Shown one piece after another: positions 35,246 to 43,039 of a stretch of DNA of 64,000 bases. The stretch's first letter is position 1, and each line of letters opens with the position of its first letter. The position numbers were made by a program, and so were the translations under genes. Below the pieces are notes generated by a model. The model saw nothing but the letters and a program-made list of their open reading frames with translations. It did no database searches and was not told where the DNA came from. Location: the IMG/VR virus record IMGVR_UViG_3300010376_000005, positions 1,971 through 65,970 of that record, one strand, 5' to 3'. Origin of the DNA: a virus. Lineage: Duplodnaviria > Caudoviricetes.

Positions 35246-37641
35246 TGGCCGGGTTCAGCCGCGCCAACCTGCGTCTGGTCCCCCCGCCTGGGGGGCCCGC
35301 CATCGCCAACGACGACATCACCATCGACGTCGCCGAAGAGCCCGACGACCTGCAGGCCAACGACGAGGGCCAGATCCTCCGCATCGAGCACGGCGACGGC
35401 TCGGTCACCATCAGCATGAACGACCGCCCGCTGATCCCCAGCGGCGACGCCCCCAACAGCGGCGACTGGTTCCGCAACCTCGCCGAGGAGCTGAGCGAGG
35501 ACACCCTGGGCACGGTGGCCGAGGATCTGCTGCGCGGCGTCAGCGATGACGAGACCTCGCGCAAGGAGTGGATCGACTCGGTGGCGACCTTCGTGCGCCT
35601 GCTCGGCGTCACCCCCGAGGTGCCCAACGTCAGCGCCGGATCGACCGACGGCGCCCCGGTCGAGGGGATGAGCAAGGTCCGCCACCCGCTGCTGCTGGAG
35701 GCGGTGCTGCGCTTTCAGGCCAACGCCAGGGGCGAATTCTTACCCGCCGACGGGCCGATGAAGATCCGCGACGACTCCATCTCGGCCGGCGTCGAAATGG
35801 AGCTGCTCGCCGACGCGCTCGAAAAAGACATGAACCACTACCTGACGGCGCACGCGACCGAGTACTACCCCGACACCGATCGCATGTGGTTCCGCCTCGG
35901 GCTCGAAGGCACGGCGTTCAAGAAGGTCTACAGGTGTCCCCTGCGGATGCGGCCGGTCAGCGAGACGGTGACGGCCGAGAACCTGATCGTCTCCAACGAC
36001 GCCACCGACCTCGCCAACGCCCGCCGCGTCACCCACCGGCTGATGATGAGCCGCACCACCATCCGGCGGATGCAGATCATCGGCGCCTATCGCGACATCG
36101 ACCTGGGGACGCCGGTCGAGCCGACCCTCGACGAGGCGCAGCGCGAGATGCGCCGCCAGCAGGGGATCACCGACACCACCCTCAACCCCGACGATCGCGA
36201 TCGGCAGCTCTACGAGATCTACTGCGACCTCGACCTCGTCGGCTACGAGCACATGTGGAAGGGCAAGCCGTCCGGCCTGGAGATCCCCTATCGGGTGACC
36301 ATCGACGTCACCAGCCGGCAGGTGCTCAGCCTTGTGCGCGACTACGTCGAGGACGAGGCCTCTGAGCTGCCCAAGCGGCGCGAGACGTTCGTCCAGTATT
36401 GCTATGTGCCTGGTTTTGGTTTTTATGCGCTTGGGCTAGGTCATATCCTCGGCAATACAGATAACGCGCTCACTGCTGCTTGGCGTGAGATGCTAGATAA
36501 TGGCATGTTCGCAAACTTCCCGGGATTTTTAGTGGCAAAAGGAGCCACTAGACAGCAAACATCTATTCTACGCGTGCCGCCCGGCGGTGGAGCGCCGATC
36601 GATACTTTGGGCAAGCCGATTTCGCAGGCGGTGATGCCGCTGCCCTACCAGACCACCCAGATGCCGCCGCTGATGGCGCTGATCGACTCGATGGCGACGA
36701 CCGGCGCGCGGATCGGCGGGACCGCCGAGATCCAGGTCGGCGAGGGCAAGCAGGACGCGCCCGTGGGCACGACGCTGGCGCTGATCGATCAGGCGACCAA
36801 GGTGGAGAACAGCGTCCACAAGCGCATCCACACCGCCCAGGGGCAAGAGTTCAAGCTGATCGTGGCGCTGTTCCGCGAGCATCCGGAAGACTTCCTGCGC
36901 ACAGAGAAGAAGGACTCCAACTTCGCCTGGGACGCGCAGACCTTCCTGCAGGCGCTCGACACCTGCGAACTGGTGCCGCAGGCCGATCCGAACACCTCCA
37001 GCCAATTGCAACGCCTGATGAAGGCGATGGGGATCAAGCAACTGCAGGCGCAGAGTCAGAGCCTGTACGACCCGATCGCCGTCGACACCTACGCGCTCAA
37101 GACGATGGGCGTGAACAACCCGCAGCAATTTTTCGTCCCGCCACAGTCGATGGCGCAGCCGCCGCCGGAGCTGCAGCAGATGCAGGCCGAGATGCAGTCG
37201 AAGCTGCAGCAGGCCAACGCGAAGACCATGGACGCCAACTCCAAGGCCGCCATGGCCAAGGCCAAACTGGCCGAGACCCAGGCCAAGATCGCCCAGGGCG
37301 GCTTCGCCAAGGCCGGCGGCGCCGCCGCCCCGCCCAGCCCGCTCGATGCGATCAACGCCCGCGCCAAAATGATGGACGCCGAGACCCGCCGCTTCGACGC
37401 CCACGCCAAGATCCAGGAGACGGACCAGCAGTCGGCCGACCGCGCTGCCGATCGGCAGGCGGAGCAGCACTCCGATCAGGTGGATCTGGTCAAGGCGCTG
37501 CTCGCCCACCACGCCGACATCGGGGAATCAATGTTCGCGCACGCGCACGAGGCGCGCGAGGGCGCGCTCGATCGCGAAGCGGATCTCAAGCAGGCGAAGA
37601 TCGCCGCCAAAGCCAAACCAAAGGGAAAGACCAATGGATGA
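35245..37641 (+). CDS. portal protein
   Basis: 798 aa after terL; SRKEW..HPLLLEAVLRFQA..PVGTTLALI.Q..KV.NSVHKRIH. Confidence 0.9.
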   Translation: MAGFSRANLRLVPPPGGPAIANDDITIDVAEEPDDLQANDEGQILRIEHGDGSVTISMNDRPLIPSGDAPNSGDWFRNLAEELSEDTLGTVAEDLLRGVSDDETSRKEWIDSVATFVRLLGVTPEVPNVSAGSTDGAPVEGMSKVRHPLLLEAVLRFQANARGEFLPADGPMKIRDDSISAGVEMELLADALEKDMNHYLTAHATEYYPDTDRMWFRLGLEGTAFKKVYRCPLRMRPVSETVTAENLIVSNDATDLANARRVTHRLMMSRTTIRRMQIIGAYRDIDLGTPVEPTLDEAQREMRRQQGITDTTLNPDDRDRQLYEIYCDLDLVGYEHMWKGKPSGLEIPYRVTIDVTSRQVLSLVRDYVEDEASELPKRRETFVQYCYVPGFGFYALGLGHILGNTDNALTAAWREMLDNGMFANFPGFLVAKGATRQQTSILRVPPGGGAPIDTLGKPISQAVMPLPYQTTQMPPLMALIDSMATTGARIGGTAEIQVGEGKQDAPVGTTLALIDQATKVENSVHKRIHTAQGQEFKLIVALFREHPEDFLRTEKKDSNFAWDAQTFLQALDTCELVPQADPNTSSQLQRLMKAMGIKQLQAQSQSLYDPIAVDTYALKTMGVNNPQQFFVPPQSMAQPPPELQQMQAEMQSKLQQANAKTMDANSKAAMAKAKLAETQAKIAQGGFAKAGGAAAPPSPLDAINARAKMMDAETRRFDAHAKIQETDQQSADRAADRQAEQHSDQVDLVKALLAHHADIGESMFAHAHEAREGALDREADLKQAKIAAKAKPKGKTNG

Positions 37642-37855
37642 CGGATCCCTACAGGGTCTGAAGGATCACCTGACGAAGGCGCAGGAACTGCTGTTCCACG
37701 ATGACCGGCTGGCCTCGCTCGCCGACCTCGACCACGCCAAGCAGCATCTGCAGGCCGCCGTCGAGACGCTGGAAGAGTGGCTGTCGCCGCCCAACCCCTA
37801 CGTGTCCACCACCCTGAGGCCGGGCCTTCAACGGATCGGAGACAACGATGGCTGA
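37634..37855 (+). CDS. hypothetical protein
   Basis: 73 aa, overlapping start/stop. Confidence 0.5.
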   Translation: MDDGSLQGLKDHLTKAQELLFHDDRLASLADLDHAKQHLQAAVETLEEWLSPPNPYVSTTLRPGLQRIGDNDG

Positions 37856-39455
37856 TGTCGGCGCGAACGCGGCGCAACACTACCGCGAGGAGATGCGCTC
37901 CAAGGCGGCCAAGATCGCGGGCGACCGCGACGCCGTGAACGTCGACGGCTCCGAATTCACCCCGGCCGAGAAGCTGTACGCTGGGGTCAAGACCGGCATG
38001 CGGCCGATCAGCCGGCAAGCCCGTAGGGCCGGAGGAGCGGTGCGGCCCGAGCTTGAGCCGCAAGGCGAGCACGCGCCCCATCGCCCCGATCGCCCGGCCA
38101 GGGCCAGGGGCGGCGGCTTTGGCGAGGCCTTCGTCAACCGCGACCAGAAGGCCGCCAACGCCGAGCGCGAGGGCGAGTACCCCAACGGCGGGATGAGGGC
38201 CGGCGGCCGCACCGGGCGCGCCGAGGGCGGCTATCTGCCCCGCGAGGGCGGACCCTCCGAGACGCGCGCGCTGCGCAAGAAGACCGCCTCCAGCGAGGTC
38301 GAGACCGATCCTCAGCCGGCGGCGGAAGACGGTCGCCGCGCCCGGCAGATGGGCGGACCCCTGGCGGCGCCGCTGGCGGCCGGCATGGGCGGCCAGGGCC
38401 GCATGGCCTTCAACTTCGCGCCCGATCGCGCGCAGATGCTCGCCGACGGCGGCCGGGCCAAGGCGCACGAGCGCTACGGCCACGGGCCCGACTGTAGCTG
38501 TCCGTCCTGCCGCAAGGGCCGGGCGGACGGCGGCGGGGTGGAGGATGAGTTGCCTGCGAGCGCCGCACCGTCGCGCGCCGCAGCTCCACCCCGCTACAAC
38601 CGCGACGCCGTGCAGGCGGCGATCGATCAGTCCAACCGCCGCGGCCAGCGCATCGGCGGCAGGGAGGCGGCGATGATTCACGCCGTCCTCAAGGGTCACC
38701 AGCGCGAGGACAAGGCCAAGGGCGGCGGTTTCCGCACCGCCTCGGGCGCCGTCTCGACCGAGGGTCGCGAGAAGGCCGAGAAGAAGGGCCAGACGATGCC
38801 CGGCGGCGGGTTCCCGATCAGGAATGATGAGGATCTGAAGAACGCCAAGCACAGCGTCGGGCGCGCCAAAAACCCGGAAAAGGCGCGCGCCTGGATCAAC
38901 AAGCGGGCCAAGGAACTCGGCAAGCCGCCGATCGGCAAGGCTAAGGGCGGTTCAGCCCAGCCCGATCCCGACGAATTGGGACGGTTCGTTCGCCGGATGT
39001 CGCATCACCCGGCGCCGGACATCCAGGAGATGGTTCGGCAGCGGTTCGGAGGCTACCGGATCGGCTCTGACGAGCTGCAGGGTCATCTCGCCCCAGATGA
39101 TGAGGCTCAGCCCCGCGCTCGTGGCGGCAGATCGGGCAAGGGCAAGACCAACATCAACATCGTCATCGCGACGCCGGGTGGCCAGAGCCAGCAGGGCGCT
39201 GCGCCGCCTCCTGGCGGTCCGCCAGTAGGACCGCCGATGCGGCCGCCCGGCATGCCCGTGCCGATGATGCCGCCAGGGGCCATGCCCCCGCCTGGAGCAC
39301 CTGCGCCGATGGCGGCGCCGATGATGCCCCCTGGCGGCATGCCGCCCCCTGGGTTGCCGCCGCGGGCCAAGGGCGGCCGCGCGCCGCGGGCCGGATCGGG
39401 CTCGGGCCTGGGGCGGCTGGAGAAGGCTGAGCGCCAGGAGCGCAAGGAGGACTGA
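37848..39455 (+). CDS. low-complexity head-associated protein with about 11 xAxGG motifs
   Basis: RAGG, RARGG, RAEGG, LADGG, RADGG, KAKGG etc.; one module reads FPIRNDEDLKNAKHSVGRAKNPEKARAWINKRAKELG. Confidence 0.8.
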   Translation: MADVGANAAQHYREEMRSKAAKIAGDRDAVNVDGSEFTPAEKLYAGVKTGMRPISRQARRAGGAVRPELEPQGEHAPHRPDRPARARGGGFGEAFVNRDQKAANAEREGEYPNGGMRAGGRTGRAEGGYLPREGGPSETRALRKKTASSEVETDPQPAAEDGRRARQMGGPLAAPLAAGMGGQGRMAFNFAPDRAQMLADGGRAKAHERYGHGPDCSCPSCRKGRADGGGVEDELPASAAPSRAAAPPRYNRDAVQAAIDQSNRRGQRIGGREAAMIHAVLKGHQREDKAKGGGFRTASGAVSTEGREKAEKKGQTMPGGGFPIRNDEDLKNAKHSVGRAKNPEKARAWINKRAKELGKPPIGKAKGGSAQPDPDELGRFVRRMSHHPAPDIQEMVRQRFGGYRIGSDELQGHLAPDDEAQPRARGGRSGKGKTNINIVIATPGGQSQQGAAPPPGGPPVGPPMRPPGMPVPMMPPGAMPPPGAPAPMAAPMMPPGGMPPPGLPPRAKGGRAPRAGSGSGLGRLEKAERQERKED

Positions 39456-39649
39456 TGGCGTCGGCTCCGCAACTCGAGGCTACGCTTCGCGAGATCATCG
39501 CGGAGGTGCGCGCGGACACGATCGGCGAACTCGTGGCTGGCGGTCCTGAGGACTACGCCGCCTACCGCGAGACCGTCGGTTACATCCGCGCGCTCGATCA
39601 GTTTCCCGAGTGGTGCGCCGAGGCGGGCAAGAAGCTGGATGAGAGGTGA
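39455..39649 (+). CDS. hypothetical protein
   Basis: DYAAYRETVGYIRAL, conserved before GroES-like genes. Confidence 0.65.
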   Translation: MASAPQLEATLREIIAEVRADTIGELVAGGPEDYAAYRETVGYIRALDQFPEWCAEAGKKLDER

Positions 39650-39652
39650 AAA

Positions 39653-40045
39653 ATGCCGGTGACGGCGGCGTACACGCACACCGAAGACCCCCGCGAGAAG
39701 CTGCTGGCGGCGGTCGGCGACGTTTCAGGCGTCGAGATCTTCCACAACCAAGTGCTGGTGGCGGTCTACATCGCGCCGGAGAAGACCAAGGGCGGCATCA
39801 TCCGGCCTCAGACCAACGTCGATGAGGACAAATACCAGGGAAAAGTTGGTCTGATCCTCAAATGCGCGCCGGAAGCCTTCAAACCGGACAAGAAATGGCA
39901 GTGGCCGGAAGACATCGGCGAGGGCGACTGGGTGTTTTACCGGATTTCCGACACCACGGCGGCGACGATCAACGGACAGGCGTGCCGATTGATCGATGAC
40001 GTCGACATCAAGGGGCGCCTCGGCCACCCGGACACGGTCTGGTAG
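39653..40045 (+). CDS. groES: GroES-like co-chaperonin
   Basis: NQVLV..PEKTKGGII..VGLILK..GDWVFY..DDVDI. Confidence 0.75.
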   Translation: MPVTAAYTHTEDPREKLLAAVGDVSGVEIFHNQVLVAVYIAPEKTKGGIIRPQTNVDEDKYQGKVGLILKCAPEAFKPDKKWQWPEDIGEGDWVFYRISDTTAATINGQACRLIDDVDIKGRLGHPDTVW

Positions 40046-40063
40046 GCGCCAGGGAGCGAAAGC

Positions 40064-41038
40064 ATGGCCAAAGGCGGCGATTCCATCGATCTGGCGCTCG
40101 AAGAACTCGAAAACGAGCCCCTGCCGACCCAAACGCGCGACCGATCCCGCCAAGAGGACGAGATTCAGGTCGATTATGCCGAGGACGGCGACGAGTCCGC
40201 GCCGGCTGGGCGTGAAACAGACGGAAACGCGCCTGAAACACGCGAAATCGAGCCCCAGGAGGGCATCGACGAGCTGCGCGCCCGCCTGCAGGCGTCCGAT
40301 GCGGCCCGCCGGCAGGCCGAGGACCGCGCCAACACCGCCGAACAGGCCCGTGCACAGGCCACAGGCGCCACCCAGGACGCCAATGTGCAGATGCTGAGCA
40401 CCGCGCTGGACAGCGTCAGGCAGCAACTGGGCGCCCTGGAGGCGAATCTGGCGGAAGCCTACTCCGTGCAGGACTTCGCGACCGCCGCGAAGATCCAGAC
40501 CGAGCTTGCCAAGACCGCGCAGCGTGAATCGATCATCGAAAACGGCCTCGAACAGCTCAAGGCCGCGCCGCGCGAGCAGCCAAGGGCGCCGCCGGCGCCC
40601 TTGGACGAGGTCGAGGCGGTCGCCAGGACTCTGACCCCGAACGCCGCCGCCTGGGTCCGCGCCCACCCGACCTACGTCACCGACCAACGGCTCAACAACA
40701 AGCTTGTCGCCGCCCACTGGAACGCGATGGGCGACGGTCTCGTGGCCGACAGCCCCGAATACATCGCCTACGTGGAAGACAAGCTGGGCATTAGCCGTTC
40801 AGCCACAGAGAGGACCCCCGTGCCCGAAACCCGCCGCGCAGCGCCCCCCGCCGCCCCGCCCAGCCGTGGCGCCAACGGCGGCGCCAATCCGGCTCGCGTC
40901 ACCCTCACCCGTGAGCAGCGGGAGTCGGCGCATGAGAATTTCCCCGATGAGATGGCGCAGGATCCGACCGGCCGGAAGGCTGAGCAGGCGTACGCCCGCA
41001 ACATGCTGATTTTGCGCCGCGAGGGGAGGATGAACTGA
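40064..41038 (+). CDS. capsid scaffolding-like protein
   Basis: Acidic coiled coil, H..A..DG..SPEY..YVE, C-terminal YARN. Confidence 0.6.
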   Translation: MAKGGDSIDLALEELENEPLPTQTRDRSRQEDEIQVDYAEDGDESAPAGRETDGNAPETREIEPQEGIDELRARLQASDAARRQAEDRANTAEQARAQATGATQDANVQMLSTALDSVRQQLGALEANLAEAYSVQDFATAAKIQTELAKTAQRESIIENGLEQLKAAPREQPRAPPAPLDEVEAVARTLTPNAAAWVRAHPTYVTDQRLNNKLVAAHWNAMGDGLVADSPEYIAYVEDKLGISRSATERTPVPETRRAAPPAAPPSRGANGGANPARVTLTREQRESAHENFPDEMAQDPTGRKAEQAYARNMLILRREGRMN

Positions 41039-41598
41039 TGTCCCGCACCGACGATGAGGCCGTTGAGGCCCTGGCCAATGAAATGCGGCCGCAGGATCCG
41101 CGTGCGGGAGGCGCACGCGAGGAGTCTCCCCGCGAGCGCGCGGCCCGGCGCGCTGCCGAGATCATGGGCCACCTGGACGCCTCGCTGGACGAGGGCCAGG
41201 ACGAACTGGCGCTCGACGGCATCACCATTCCCGACGGCTGGAGCTACGAGTGGAAGCGCCAGACTGTGTACGGGAAAAGCGACCCCGCGTACGACACGCG
41301 GCTGGCCAGGACTGGCTGGGAGCCGGTGCCGTCTGAGCGCCACCCGCAGATGATGCCCAAGGGCCACCGGGGCGAGATCACCCGCGACGGGCTGGTGCTG
41401 ATGGAGCGGCCGGCGGTGATCACCGACAAGGTCCGGCAGATCATGATCGAGCGCGCCCGCGGCGCCGTGCGGCTGAAGGAGAGGCAATTGAACGAGGCCC
41501 CCGACGGGACCTTCGACCGGGTGGACGAGCGCGGGCGGCCCACGGCGCGGATTCAGACCACCCATGGTCCGGTCGTGATCCCGGTCCCGACGGAGTGA
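41038..41598 (+). CDS. conserved head-module protein
   Basis: IPDGWSYEWKR..GWEPVP..RDGLVLMERP. Confidence 0.75.
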   Translation: MSRTDDEAVEALANEMRPQDPRAGGAREESPRERAARRAAEIMGHLDASLDEGQDELALDGITIPDGWSYEWKRQTVYGKSDPAYDTRLARTGWEPVPSERHPQMMPKGHRGEITRDGLVLMERPAVITDKVRQIMIERARGAVRLKERQLNEAPDGTFDRVDERGRPTARIQTTHGPVVIPVPTE

Positions 41599-41831
41599 TG
41601 GCGATGCCTGGACTTCTCACCCTGCTCCTCTGGCTCATCGTCATCGTCGCCATCTTCGGCGTGGCGTGGTGGGCCCTGAGCCAGATCCCCCTGCCGCCGC
41701 CGTTCCGGGTGGTGGTCAACATCGTCTTCGCGGTCATCGCGGTGATCGTGCTCATCTGGCTCGCGACCACCCTGCTCGGCGGTCCGCCGCATGTCAGCCG
41801 CCTTACGGCCGGCGCACGATGGTTCGTCTGA
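41598..41831 (+). CDS. small two-TM membrane protein (holin candidate)
   Basis: Two hydrophobic helices joined by IPLPPPFR. Confidence 0.6.
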   Translation: MAMPGLLTLLLWLIVIVAIFGVAWWALSQIPLPPPFRVVVNIVFAVIAVIVLIWLATTLLGGPPHVSRLTAGARWFV

Positions 41832-41968
41832 GCCGGATCATCCTGCTGCTCTGCCTGCTGGCGCCCTTGGAGGCGTGCGTCCTGGTCATTGACCAGCCGG
41901 TGAACGTCGAACGCCATCCGCCAGCAGAGCATCACGAGGAGGACGAGGAGCACGTCGTCCACCTGTGA
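41819..41968 (+). CDS. small lipoprotein
   Basis: MVRLSRIILLLCLLAPLEAC lipobox-like; overlaps the membrane-protein gene. Confidence 0.5.
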   Translation: MVRLSRIILLLCLLAPLEACVLVIDQPVNVERHPPAEHHEEDEEHVVHL

Positions 41969-41969
41969 A

Positions 41970-42010
41970 CTTACCGGCAGAGTCAAGTCTGCATTGACAT
42001 AAATCGAAAG
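41970..42010. promoter_or_regulatory. two back-to-back TTGAC-N7-G(T/A)AAG copies
   Basis: CTTAC CGGCAGA GTCAA (41970-41986) and TTGAC ATAAATC GAAAG (41994-42010). Confidence 0.6.
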
Positions 42011-42058
42011 TCGCGAAACTGTCAGCGGGGGGACGCCCGATCGATAGGGTGACGACTG

Positions 42059-42859
42059 ATGTCTGAGACCCTGGTCATCTACGACCGCATGTGCAGCGCC
42101 ATCACGGAGTGCATCCGTGTGGATGAGGCCAAGGATATCCGCGACAAATCCCTCGCCTTGGCCTGTTACTACCGGCAGGCGCGCAACGAAGAAGCCGAAC
42201 GCGGCGCGCTGAATATCCGCCTGCGGGCGAGCCGCCGGATCGGCCAGTTGCTCAAAGAGATGACGCGGGCTGAGACGCCTAACCCGGAAGGGATCGGCGG
42301 TCGGGGCCATAAGGTTGTTATGTCCAATGGTGGGACACAACAAAGTCCCTACGCCCAGGCCCTCACCGACAATGACATCTCACGCCAGCAGGCCGGTCGT
42401 TTCCAGGCCCTCGCCGACGTGCCCGAGGACGAGTTCGAGGCGGCCCTAGTGGGACCTGATATTCACGCCATGATCGACAGCGATGCCGACGAGGTGTCGC
42501 CGACCTCGATCGCGACCGCCCTGTGCAAGAAGTACGCCCACGACAGGCTGGAGCCGCACATCCACTACGCCGCCCTGGAGCACTTCAAGCAGCTCGCCCG
42601 GCAGGTGCTGCGTGGGCGGCTCGACCCGTCCTCCACTGAGAGCGACGCCTATGAGGGTGAGTTGTTTTCCGGTCATCTCCAAGAGCGTTATCCGTTGCCG
42701 CCGCGCCCAGGCCAGGAGCCGATGTACAAGAAACGGGAGCTGCTGACCGATGAGGAAGCGATGTGGAATATCCAGGCCCTTCAACGCGCAGCCGACGCGC
42801 TGGCCATGCACTCTCGTGCGCTACTGGCATGGTTCGAAAGCCGTTTTGTTCCAGCCTAA
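42059..42859 (+). CDS. hypothetical phage protein
   Basis: YDRMC..VDEAKDIRDK..YYRQARN..IRLRA.RRIGQLL helical N-terminal domain. Confidence 0.75.
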   Translation: MSETLVIYDRMCSAITECIRVDEAKDIRDKSLALACYYRQARNEEAERGALNIRLRASRRIGQLLKEMTRAETPNPEGIGGRGHKVVMSNGGTQQSPYAQALTDNDISRQQAGRFQALADVPEDEFEAALVGPDIHAMIDSDADEVSPTSIATALCKKYAHDRLEPHIHYAALEHFKQLARQVLRGRLDPSSTESDAYEGELFSGHLQERYPLPPRPGQEPMYKKRELLTDEEAMWNIQALQRAADALAMHSRALLAWFESRFVPA

Positions 42860-43039
42860 TTGGACGATGAACAACAATCAGAACGCTCAGCCGTCGTCTG
42901 ACCGCTGTCCCAAGTGCGGGAGCACGGATCCGGCGGTGTTTCGTGACTATGTGTACGAGTACCAGGACCATCGGTACTCCGTACCTTGCGCTCACATCTT
43001 CCATTTTACCCGGCGGACGGTCGTGGGCGACTACACGCC

